Origin: a virus | Taxonomy: Duplodnaviria > Caudoviricetes | IMG/VR virus record: IMGVR_UViG_3300025108_000058 | Span: 1 to 56,849 of that record | Length of the DNA stretch: 56,849 bases | Direction: 5' to 3' (one strand) | Shown: positions 1-8,840 of the stretch, one piece after another | Numbering within the stretch: the stretch's first letter is position 1 | Layout of the letters: every line of letters begins with the position of its first letter | Made by a program: the position numbers and the translations under genes | Notes under the pieces: model-generated | Databases searched by the model: none | Told to the model about the DNA's origin: nothing | What the model saw: the letters and a program-made list of their open reading frames with translations, nothing else

Positions 1-611
1 CCTTTTAACTTGTCAACTGACTCTTCATCTAACCCTAACCAAGTTATTGACCCACCTCTATTATTGATATTTAAACCATAGTCAGCTTGAGAGTAATGAG
101 CTCTGTATTTATACTTAGATTTATCAACATCTTTCATAATCTCATCAAATTTTTTAATTTGATCTATTCCATCATATAAATTTATATAAAGTAGATCCAA
201 ACCTGAGTCAAATAATTGCTTTGCATACTCTGGTGTTAATCTATCACCATTTGTATTACATTCTGCTGTAGTTTCTGGTAGTTTATCTTTAAGTATTTTG
301 ATTATATCGGCAAATTTCTTATTAAGTAGGTTCTCACTAAATCCGCTATACGATACTTTTCCTTTATAGTTGTCTAAACTTAAATTATCTGCTATAGCTT
401 GAGCAGTCTCTAAAGACATATTTAAATTCCTATTAGGATAAACATTTTTATCGTGTCTAGGACAGAACACACACGTTCTATTGCATAATTCAGTAGTATT
501 AATTTCTACTGTTAGCAGTGAACTCAAAGGATTAGAGGTATCAACATTACTGAAATGTAATTTCTCTTGTTTCTTTCTATGTTCTAAAAATGTATCTTTA
601 TTTTCTGCCAT
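1..611 (-). CDS. Radical SAM protein (partial, truncated by window edge)
   Basis: Not in the ORF track. Manual translation from ATG at 611: MAENKDTFLEHRKKQ...VEINTTELCNRTCVFCPRHD (CxxxCxxC motif), then SGFSENLL and NTNGDRL. The frame appears open to the left edge. Confidence 0.88.
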   Translation of the reverse strand, partial: MAENKDTFLEHRKKQEKLHFSNVDTSNPLSSLLTVEINTTELCNRTCVFCPRHDKNVYPNRNLNMSLETAQAIADNLSLDNYKGKVSYSGFSENLLNKKFADIIKILKDKLPETTAECNTNGDRLTPEYAKQLFDSGLDLLYINLYDGIDQIKKFDEIMKDVDKSKYKYRAHYSQADYGLNINNRGGSITWLGLDEESVDKLK

Positions 612-622
612 GTTTGTTCATG

Positions 623-1324
623 TTATCTTCTTGATACTGGTGTGTTAATCATAACGTTTATACTATTTGTAATTACTGTGATATTCTTTTTAATAATATA
701 ATTAGCCAGAGTTTGATGAGGGCCGATTATTGGATCTATTTTAATATCTTCTAACTCCTTTTTATAAAACACATTATCGTACATTTCAAACATTAAATCG
801 AGTGCTCTCATGTTACATAAAAAGAATCCGTCGTTTGGAGCTTGAAAATACATATCTACTGCAAGACCGTCTTTTAGGCTAATAAATGGTAACTCTAGTA
901 AGCTTATATCGGATTTAAATAGCTCGTCTAAGTGGGTTTCAACATCAGGTAAGTGTAAAAAATAATCAGCACGACAGACTATACAAAATTCTGCTTTATT
1001 CAATCGATTTTTAGTTACCTGTTTAAGGTTTTTGTAATGGTACGATATACGTGCTGCTGTAAGGTCTGTAAGTCCTTTACTGTTGTTTTTTAATCTCTCT
1101 TTTGTAAGCTCTTCGAATTCATCACGAAGTTCTTTTTCATTAACTAGTATTTTATTTTTAAATGGTAGTATTAGTTGGTTTTCTATATGAGAATTCCATC
1201 CACCTAAGTAAAATTCATAGTTATATTTTCTACTGTTTAAATAACTTTTATGGAATCTATTAAAGGCAATTATACCTCTAATCTGGCCATATAATAGTAC
1301 GGGTATGGTTTTCTTATCTGCCAT
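623..1324 (-). CDS. Putative glycosyltransferase-like protein
   Basis: N-terminal LLYGQIR and later CRADY, similar to CLSGQLR...SRPD of 7600..8382; lies in glycan gene cluster. Confidence 0.45.
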   Translation of the reverse strand: MADKKTIPVLLYGQIRGIIAFNRFHKSYLNSRKYNYEFYLGGWNSHIENQLILPFKNKILVNEKELRDEFEELTKERLKNNSKGLTDLTAARISYHYKNLKQVTKNRLNKAEFCIVCRADYFLHLPDVETHLDELFKSDISLLELPFISLKDGLAVDMYFQAPNDGFFLCNMRALDLMFEMYDNVFYKKELEDIKIDPIIGPHQTLANYIIKKNITVITNSINVMINTPVSRR

Positions 1325-2042
1325 GTAAGTAGTATTGTAAATCTTCTGGTGTGCCCATTTGGTATATATTATCGACTTGAGTAATTACTATACGTCTTCC
1401 GTCTTTAATAGCATAATTATAAACTGGTGCTACATAAAATTCATTATTAAGTCTATCATTTGCTTCTATCATCTGTTCAGCATACTTTACAAAATCAGAT
1501 CCTCTATTCCAGTAGTAGTATCCAGCAGTAGCATCATTAGAAATTTGTTTCTTTTCAGCTACTTCAGTAACATAACCCTCTTCATCTGTTTTGGCATAAC
1601 TCCATTTAGGTCCATTTCCTTTAAAGCATGGCATACCTCCATCATGTAGACTTAATCTACTAAAGGTTTCATCGGGATTATAGTCTATCATTTGGTCTGA
1701 GTTAAAACTAAGTAGAGGTACTCGATTATTAATATGTTCTTTAGCTGTAAGCAATGTACATGCTGCTCCTTCTGTAATACCTTTAAGTTTGATAACTTCT
1801 ATATTATCATGTCCTATTATTTCGTTAAATATACGAAAATCATATTGTTCATAATCTGCTTTTTGACATAAGATAATGAATTTAAAGTTCTTATCAAACT
1901 CTATATTGAGATTTTCAATAACTCTACGAATCATTGGTTTACCTTCTACATCAATGAATGGTTTAGAGTCTTTGTATCCTTTCTTTCTAAATCTCGATCC
2001 TCTTCCTGCCATAGGCAGTACTATATTAAAAAATTGTTTCAT
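1314..2042 (-). CDS. Sugar-phosphate nucleotidyltransferase (dTDP-glucose pyrophosphorylase/BcbE-like)
   Basis: PMAGRGSRF...KP, TEGAACT, NSDQ, EVAEKKQIS, NNEFYVAPVYN, MGTPEDL motifs; start at MKQFF (2042) preferred over 2066. Confidence 0.85.
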   Translation of the reverse strand: MKQFFNIVLPMAGRGSRFRKKGYKDSKPFIDVEGKPMIRRVIENLNIEFDKNFKFIILCQKADYEQYDFRIFNEIIGHDNIEVIKLKGITEGAACTLLTAKEHINNRVPLLSFNSDQMIDYNPDETFSRLSLHDGGMPCFKGNGPKWSYAKTDEEGYVTEVAEKKQISNDATAGYYYWNRGSDFVKYAEQMIEANDRLNNEFYVAPVYNYAIKDGRRIVITQVDNIYQMGTPEDLQYYLHGR

Positions 2043-2742
2043 ATATTTTTTTAGATATTCTATCACAATCCTCCGCTGTTGGGTGTCCTGTTTCGTTTTC
2101 AGTTCTATTAAAATGTAAAATTTTAGATGATTCTATTTTATTTGAGTTAAGTAGTTTTTTAATATGACTAGAATTACTATCGAACCCTACAATACAGTAA
2201 TTAAATTTTTTATACTCTAAAAAACTCTGTAAGCTAATAATTTGAGTTGAATAGAGGTTGAATAGGTCTTTTGTATAATCTTCATTATGGGTAATCATAG
2301 CTTTTATATACTCTCTTTTTGCTAAATAAATTGGTTCTATATTTTCAACTCTATCATTTGTTAATTCAGCAGCTAGTTCTTCAATTTCAATTAAATTCTT
2401 ATTTAAATAGTTAGAAGAAGTTAGTCTTCTCCGGAAGTTTAATTTAGATCCTAACCTAGGTTTTGGAAAATCAGCATTAGTTACATTTATATTCCACCCT
2501 TTATAGGTAAAGTAGTGCCTGTGAGGCCAAGTTAGACCAATCACTGCAGTTGTATCAGAACTACTTAGAGAGCTTAGATGGTTTATACTATTAAGAAATA
2601 TTGAACCCATAGATTGACCGTTAGCAGAATTATCATATAGTGTAGTATTAGAGAGCTGAGCTAACTTGTATGGCCAAGTCTCTCTGTCTTCTAGGTTATC
2701 TCCTGCGGTAAAGCTACATCCGTTTATATATAAGTTTTTCAT
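2026..2742 (-). CDS. SGNH/GDSL-like hydrolase or acyltransferase
   Basis: NGCSFTAGD block I and C-terminal GHP; start MKNLYING (2742) overlaps upstream stop as ATGA. Confidence 0.65.
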   Translation of the reverse strand: MKNLYINGCSFTAGDNLEDRETWPYKLAQLSNTTLYDNSANGQSMGSIFLNSINHLSSLSSSDTTAVIGLTWPHRHYFTYKGWNINVTNADFPKPRLGSKLNFRRRLTSSNYLNKNLIEIEELAAELTNDRVENIEPIYLAKREYIKAMITHNEDYTKDLFNLYSTQIISLQSFLEYKKFNYCIVGFDSNSSHIKKLLNSNKIESSKILHFNRTENETGHPTAEDCDRISKKIYETIF

Positions 2743-3395
2743 ATTGTTCCAATTCCACATTTATATCCGTCTTCTCTTTTAAATTCTTTAGTTTTATCTA
2801 TTCCAATCCAGCTACTTTCTACTTTATCACCAAATAAAGATTTATAATATCTTTGTTGTTGGATTCTTCCATCTATAAGAAAACTAAAATTAGTGTTGAA
2901 ATGCTCTTTTAACTTAACCATATTAGTAGACGCATTGCATTTGTATTTAGCTATATCGGGTCCATCATCTAAAACAAAGTCTACGCCTTTTAATAAATTC
3001 ATATCATGATTATAGTAGCAAGTTTGATTATCTTCAATTTTAACATCCACTAAGTACACATCACTATTAGTATAAAAACCTGAGTTTTTACCTAAGGTGT
3101 GGTATTTTTTATTATCTTCAAATGATATAATACTACCTCCGTAGTCTAGGTCTTTCAATATTGTACTCATAATTAGTGTAGTGACTCCGCTACCATACTC
3201 TACTATGTACTTAGGTTTCTTGTTATGTATATAACCTGTTAAGTACAAAGCTACAGCCATTCCAACACCAGTAAACTTACTACTCCAGTATCCGTCATAC
3301 CATAAGTCATAGTATTTAGAAAAATTTACTTGGAAATATTCTCTAAGCTCTTCTATTGTTCTATTATTATATTTTATAAACTCAAAATAATTCAT
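2739..3395 (-). CDS. Class I SAM-dependent methyltransferase
   Basis: IVEYGSGVTT motif I, ISFED, DFVLDDGP. Confidence 0.75.
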   Translation of the reverse strand: MNYFEFIKYNNRTIEELREYFQVNFSKYYDLWYDGYWSSKFTGVGMAVALYLTGYIHNKKPKYIVEYGSGVTTLIMSTILKDLDYGGSIISFEDNKKYHTLGKNSGFYTNSDVYLVDVKIEDNQTCYYNHDMNLLKGVDFVLDDGPDIAKYKCNASTNMVKLKEHFNTNFSFLIDGRIQQQRYYKSLFGDKVESSWIGIDKTKEFKREDGYKCGIGTI

Positions 3396-4353
3396 ATTTT
3401 CCTAAACATTCTTTTATAGTGTCCTCAGAAGAGAGGTAAAAAGTTATTACTTTTTTTACAGTATCTACATCTAATAATAAGTAAGTATATTCATTATCTA
3501 ACTTTCTATATTCTTTAAATTTAGACCTAATGTAATACCTACTTTCCTTACTTTTTGGTAAAATAATAGGTATATCTGATTTTGATAAAGCTGTCATAAA
3601 AAATCTATGCAAACCATTACCTGGAAGGCTATTGGGCGAGTAACCTCCTAGTATAGGAAATAATAACCCATCTCTCTTTACAGAAATATAAGACAAAATT
3701 GGAAACTGAAAGTTCCAATCTTTCCATATGGTATCGTATTCTTTTATAACCTCATTTACATATTCTATATTATTCCATGCTTCGTTTGTATCTTCTATTT
3801 CTCTAACAAACTTTTTTATAATACTTGTATCGGTACCTTCTAGTGATGCTATATTATCTTCTACAATTTTATACGGTATTTCTAAGTATATATTTTCTCT
3901 AGGTGTTTCACCATTATCGACTCTATAAAAATAATCTTTCCAGTCCCACGTGCCAAATCCAGGAGAAATTTTACCGTCTCTCAGCTGAAAGTTAGGTTGA
4001 TCGGGAATAAAGTGGTTACCTTTAGTTTTAGGTTTAATATAATTTTTGTCGTAGTTCTGTGTAAATACTCTCTTACCGTAACCTTCGAATTTTATTACCT
4101 GTAAGTCTTTTATATTAGTATTTTTATGATTAAATGTATCATGTAATTTTTTAACTCTAGGGTCTGTTAATTGGTCTTCAGTAATTCTTAAAAAATAATG
4201 ACCTTTTTTTTCTAGCTCTTTACACTTATCAAAAGAAGCTATAGAATCTTTATTTCTTTTTATTACATCTACTATGTCTAGAGTATCAAAAGGTTTGAGA
4301 TCGTTAAAAAACGGTTTCCAAAAATTTACACCTGTATGTTTATGTATTATCAT
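3382..4353 (-). CDS. Hypothetical protein with ParB/sulfiredoxin-like motif
   Basis: SVKRDGLLFPI...GNGLHR...IPI, paralogous to 5889..6689. Confidence 0.45.
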   Translation of the reverse strand: MIIHKHTGVNFWKPFFNDLKPFDTLDIVDVIKRNKDSIASFDKCKELEKKGHYFLRITEDQLTDPRVKKLHDTFNHKNTNIKDLQVIKFEGYGKRVFTQNYDKNYIKPKTKGNHFIPDQPNFQLRDGKISPGFGTWDWKDYFYRVDNGETPRENIYLEIPYKIVEDNIASLEGTDTSIIKKFVREIEDTNEAWNNIEYVNEVIKEYDTIWKDWNFQFPILSYISVKRDGLLFPILGGYSPNSLPGNGLHRFFMTALSKSDIPIILPKSKESRYYIRSKFKEYRKLDNEYTYLLLDVDTVKKVITFYLSSEDTIKECLGKYELF

Positions 4354-4933
4354 TATTTATTATGATCTTATTAAATTTATCAAAAGCTTGAGCAAGACCT
4401 TTTATTGGGTAATCTTCTGATGTGATATTTAGTGTAATTACTCTTCTAATATTACTTTCTTTATTTACTACTCTATGGTAGGTAGGAACATGTTTATTAC
4501 CAGGGCAAAATATTAACCCTCTATTTTGTTTCCATTCAACTTCTTTAGAAAACTCTTTATTTTTATCTAATAAATAAGTCCCAGTACTACCGTAACAGTA
4601 AATTATAAGAGTCCACAATTTAGTATAGTGGTCCATATGTACTTCCTGTTCTACGTGAGGTCCATTTGTTAACCAGTGTACTCTTGACCAAGTATTACTT
4701 ACATCTGCATCTTCAAATGGTTGTTGTATTCTAATAGGATTGTAAATTTTTAAAATATCATTTTTGATTACACTTAACTCTCCTAAAAGTTGATGATATA
4801 GAGAGTAGTTGAATATAAACTCTTCTTCATTTGTAAAATCGTAATTTAAAATATTATCTACAACGTAATGTGTAAATGGTTTAGTACGAGGTCTATTAAT
4901 TGCATTAAAAATTTTTTGTTTATTTAATATCAT
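4340..4933 (-). CDS. 2OG-Fe(II) oxygenase family protein
   Basis: HxD (HMD) ... distal H (TYHRV) ... R (RRVITLN); WKQNRGLIF. Confidence 0.75.
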   Translation of the reverse strand: MILNKQKIFNAINRPRTKPFTHYVVDNILNYDFTNEEEFIFNYSLYHQLLGELSVIKNDILKIYNPIRIQQPFEDADVSNTWSRVHWLTNGPHVEQEVHMDHYTKLWTLIIYCYGSTGTYLLDKNKEFSKEVEWKQNRGLIFCPGNKHVPTYHRVVNKESNIRRVITLNITSEDYPIKGLAQAFDKFNKIIINNDNT

Positions 4934-5238
4934 AAATTATTCTTAAAAAAATCCTTAGGGTGTATTCCTCTGTCATCTATGAATATATCTGCGTCAAAAG
5001 GTTTAAAGTAAAGGTGGTGGTATTTACATCCCCAACTTTCGAGCTGAGCTTCAGTGATAGGTCTATAATAAGCTTCTCCTCTACCGCTTTTGTTTCCTCT
5101 AGCTGTATAGTATATTATAGTGTGACCTTCGTCATACATTTTATTAATCTTTGCTATTCTATCTTCGAAAGGTTTTCTGCCTATTACAGGTCCTTCTTCT
5201 TTGCAGATAGTGTCATCAATGTCTATTACGTACTTCAT
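4930..5238 (-). CDS. HAD-family phosphatase (capsule biosynthesis BcbF-like)
   Basis: DIDDTI motif I, YTARG, KP, IDDR. Confidence 0.8.
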   Translation of the reverse strand: MKYVIDIDDTICKEEGPVIGRKPFEDRIAKINKMYDEGHTIIYYTARGNKSGRGEAYYRPITEAQLESWGCKYHHLYFKPFDADIFIDDRGIHPKDFFKNNL

Positions 5239-5896
5239 ATATTTTTTCTACTAATTTAAAATCTAATTCTGTGTCCACATCTATCAACTCTTCTTCTGGC
5301 CAATCAATAAGGTACGGGTACGGGTCTTCTTTTGTGTTAGAAAATAGTTCCCAATTGTTGAGCATATACTCTCTTTTATAAAATACTAAAGAATGAGTTG
5401 CTTTTATAAGACTTGGACCTGAGGTTGTAGAAAGTCTGTCATTTGCTGTAAAGTTAGCAGGTGTAAGGTCGTTATTCCAAAAAAAGTTTTTTTCTCTTGC
5501 TACTGTGATAGCACTATCGTACTTGCATTCTTTAAACCAATCGATTACTGCCTGTAATTTTTTAATATCCAAAAATGGTTGACATGGATTATAGTTACAT
5601 ATGTAATCAGATTTTACTTTTTCCAAGTGTTTATACATTATAGAGTGGTGAGCATTACCGGGAGCTACTGAAGCATATTCTCTGTGTAGTATTTGCACAC
5701 CGGGTATATACCTGTCCATTATTTCATCTTCTGCTGCTGCTAAATACTTTTCTTCTACATTATTTAAATCTCTAACATTTCTCAAAGCTACATCAAGAAT
5801 ATTGTCTCCTGTGTCATTAATAGGTCTAAGGTGTTTATTAGGGCACCTAGTGCTTTTCTGTCTTGCATGAATTAAAACTGCTAAACTTTTACTCAT
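5216..5896 (-). CDS. Acylneuraminate/nonulosonate cytidylyltransferase family protein
   Basis: HARQKSTRCPNKHLR N-terminal motif, PCQPF, IDVDTELDF C-terminal motif. Confidence 0.8.
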   Translation of the reverse strand: MSKSLAVLIHARQKSTRCPNKHLRPINDTGDNILDVALRNVRDLNNVEEKYLAAAEDEIMDRYIPGVQILHREYASVAPGNAHHSIMYKHLEKVKSDYICNYNPCQPFLDIKKLQAVIDWFKECKYDSAITVAREKNFFWNNDLTPANFTANDRLSTTSGPSLIKATHSLVFYKREYMLNNWELFSNTKEDPYPYLIDWPEEELIDVDTELDFKLVEKIYEVRNRH

Positions 5897-6689
5897 ATTT
5901 AAGTTGTTTATTTTTTAAATCTATTATTATTTTATGCGATACATTACTAAAAGAAGGAACATCAGTAGTAAGTTCAAATTTTATATTATTGTTTCCTCCT
6001 AATTTGGGGTGTTGTACAAAAATGGGGATATCATAACCTAAAGTTGCAAATACTAAAGCTCTATGCGTACCTCTAAATAAAATAACATTATCATCATGAT
6101 TAGGATAAGCTATTGGAAAAAATATACCAGATTTTCTTACTGAAATAAATTGTGATAATTTATTATCGAATCTCCAGCCAGGTCTCATAAGTCTGTGAGT
6201 ATTTAAAGGGTAATCCTCTGGATACTTTTCATCATATTTTGATTGTAATACATAACATTCGTTATCACTGAGTTTTTTATCGATGCATTCTTGCATAAAC
6301 TGTCTAAATATCTTAACCAAAGGTTCTATATGGTTATCAACTGTATGTCTTTGATTTTCTAGTATAAACTCTTTAGGTATAGTAAGATAAACCCAATGTG
6401 TCCATTTTTTACCGTAGTTAAAAAGCTTCATACTTGTAATATCAGACTTTACTCCTTGACTTTCCACTGGTATACCTTTAGGAGTATACATAAAGTGTAT
6501 TGGTTTATGTATTTCTACAGTAGGGTCATACACAGGACCTGATTTACCCTTATTGTTAGTACTTAAATCATCAGTTTTATATAGTAGTTTTTCTGTTTCA
6601 GTATACCTGTTAACTACTTCGTCATTTGATAAAATATCGAACGACTTTAAATCACTAAATGTACTGAAATAGTAGTTGGGTTTACTCAT
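5889..6689 (-). CDS. Hypothetical protein with ParB/sulfiredoxin-like motif
   Basis: SVRKSGIFFPI...FRGTHR...IPI, paralogous to 3382..4353. Confidence 0.45.
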   Translation of the reverse strand: MSKPNYYFSTFSDLKSFDILSNDEVVNRYTETEKLLYKTDDLSTNNKGKSGPVYDPTVEIHKPIHFMYTPKGIPVESQGVKSDITSMKLFNYGKKWTHWVYLTIPKEFILENQRHTVDNHIEPLVKIFRQFMQECIDKKLSDNECYVLQSKYDEKYPEDYPLNTHRLMRPGWRFDNKLSQFISVRKSGIFFPIAYPNHDDNVILFRGTHRALVFATLGYDIPIFVQHPKLGGNNNIKFELTTDVPSFSNVSHKIIIDLKNKQLKYE

Positions 6690-7603
6690 AACTTTGATTT
6701 TAAATAACCTGCAATCTTTACATAACCATCCTTTTCAAAGTGGTTATATCTATAAATAGAGTTGTCCTTAAAAACACTAAATTTAGAATAGTCAAAATTT
6801 GATTTAACGTTTTGGTGAAATCCTATATTAAGCTGTTGGACTTTTTTGGATAATTTTACTATCTCTATTGAATCTCTATTATCATACAAAGCTATTAATG
6901 GAATGTGGTGTTCTACACAATGAGTAATAATACCAAGTCCTGGTCGGCTCATTATAGCTATATTTTTGGTTATGTTAAAATCTTTAGTTATATTAAAATT
7001 AAGTCCTTTAAAAAAGTTTGCGTATGAATCTAGATAATTAAGGCTAGGTTCTAGTGTTAATATTTTATCTATCTTAAATTCTGTGTAACTATTATCTTTA
7101 CACCCGAATCCGAATTGAACTTTATTTTCATATAACACTACTCCGCCGGTCTCTGCATACTTGTTTGTAATTAACAGAGGATTATGTACCTCTAATAAAT
7201 TAGAATCGTAATCAGACAACACGTTAGATCCAAATTTTGCTTTATAAACATCTTTCCATAAGAACGAACCAAGAAGAATAGCATCTGGTCTATGTTGTAG
7301 TATCCCAACTATATTATCTGATACTATGTAATCATGTTTAGTTAAAAAGTCTTTGTATTCTTCTATACCTTTAATGTAAGTCCCGAAATTCACATTAGAT
7401 TCGCTTATAGTTTTATCCCATCTAATGTTATGTAGTTTAAGCTCTACATGCTTACAGTTTTCTACCTGTCCAAGTTTTTTTACTTGAAAATAACTAGCAT
7501 ATATTGTAATATCGAAATCATTAGATAGTAATGATGCTATTTCCGATATACGTTTGTAGTGGCCATACCCATTAGAGCAGGCAAAAAAACCTATACTTTT
7601 CAT
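6686..7603 (-). CDS. GT-B fold glycosyltransferase (GT28/PseG-like)
   Basis: N-terminal NGYGHYKR, IVSD, C-terminal MSRPGLG...IP. Confidence 0.7.
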   Translation of the reverse strand: MKSIGFFACSNGYGHYKRISEIASLLSNDFDITIYASYFQVKKLGQVENCKHVELKLHNIRWDKTISESNVNFGTYIKGIEEYKDFLTKHDYIVSDNIVGILQHRPDAILLGSFLWKDVYKAKFGSNVLSDYDSNLLEVHNPLLITNKYAETGGVVLYENKVQFGFGCKDNSYTEFKIDKILTLEPSLNYLDSYANFFKGLNFNITKDFNITKNIAIMSRPGLGIITHCVEHHIPLIALYDNRDSIEIVKLSKKVQQLNIGFHQNVKSNFDYSKFSVFKDNSIYRYNHFEKDGYVKIAGYLKSKL

Positions 7604-8382
7604 TTAGTGTACCAGTCTTGCCAGTATTTTGTCATTATTTCAAACTCATCAGGGACAAATAAGTCTAAGTCTTGCGGACAACCTTCTTTAAGTAGTATAC
7701 ATGGAGGTGCTGTACCGAAATACGGTGTAATACCATAATCACGAAAGTACTCATGCATTAGAGTACCTGGTCCCATTACGTGTATGTTCTTTTTATTGTA
7801 AATATTGTAGTCTTCAATTCCTTCTTGCCTGTAGAAATACAAATTAGAAAGTAAATCCATAGAAAAAGAATTACTGAGAAATAAAATATCATTAACGTTG
7901 TACATGTGATATTCTAAATCCATTACTCCACCGTGAGATGAATGAATAACATTATTCTCTAAATGAGGAACTTTGAAAGTCTTATTAGGGTGAAATAAAA
8001 TATCTGGTCTAGATTTCACTACTATGTCGTATATAAAATTATTTTCTATTTCGTAATCCCTCTTTAATTCTAAAGATTTGGCAAAACTGTAAAATAGTGA
8101 ACTCCAATGATCGTTTCCTCTAAAAAGATTTTGTTCTCTAGAATCTACAGACAGACCTTTTAGGTCGTATCTAACTTTAAAAGAATCTAATTCTTGTTGT
8201 GCTACTTGTCGTTGTTGATACTCTTGTGTAACTCCTGGTCTATCCCAACTGTAAGTCCACGTATGTGCAAAATAATCTACCTGTACGTGTTCTTTATTGG
8301 CTGTAGTCCAAAACCATTTCTGGTTTTCTACTCCCATTTCCCATTGTCTTAATTGACCGCTTAAGCATACAGCTATTCTCAT
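7600..8382 (-). CDS. Putative glycosyltransferase
   Basis: MRIAVCLSGQLR, DYFAHTW, YDIVVKSRPD; glycan cluster context. Confidence 0.55.
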   Translation of the reverse strand: MRIAVCLSGQLRQWEMGVENQKWFWTTANKEHVQVDYFAHTWTYSWDRPGVTQEYQQRQVAQQELDSFKVRYDLKGLSVDSREQNLFRGNDHWSSLFYSFAKSLELKRDYEIENNFIYDIVVKSRPDILFHPNKTFKVPHLENNVIHSSHGGVMDLEYHMYNVNDILFLSNSFSMDLLSNLYFYRQEGIEDYNIYNKKNIHVMGPGTLMHEYFRDYGITPYFGTAPPCILLKEGCPQDLDLFVPDEFEIMTKYWQDWYTK

Positions 8383-8840
8383 AATACTGGTTTTAAAAAC
8401 GTTTGATCAAAATCTTTCATCCTTACTAATCTAGCTCTATGATTGAGAAGATTGCCGTAGATAGTTGCATCTGCTCTATTTTGATATCCAATTATAGGAA
8501 GCATATAAGAATCACAAATAAAAAAATCAGAGTTAATTTTATTCTTAAGGTATTCTCCGTGGTGTTTTACATCGTCTACGTATACTTGTTTATGGTCGAA
8601 TTTAAATTTAGGTAGACGTTTAATGATGGAAGATAACGTAAATAAATCAATAGTATCTGAGGTTATTATTATATGTGCATTATATAGTTGATCAGATTTA
8701 AATTGAAACTTATTTATGTCATGTACTATAGTTTCTATGCTACCTTCGTACCTGTCTATATTACTAGGCACTTCGATGTCTAAAGGTTTTTTAGATATTA
8801 ATGTATACCTACCGTTTCTAATTGGAAGAGAATATTTCAT
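8379..8840 (-). CDS. Hypothetical protein
   Basis: 153-aa ORF overlapping its neighbours in an operon-like arrangement. Confidence 0.6.
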   Translation of the reverse strand: MKYSLPIRNGRYTLISKKPLDIEVPSNIDRYEGSIETIVHDINKFQFKSDQLYNAHIIITSDTIDLFTLSSIIKRLPKFKFDHKQVYVDDVKHHGEYLKNKINSDFFICDSYMLPIIGYQNRADATIYGNLLNHRARLVRMKDFDQTFLKPVL

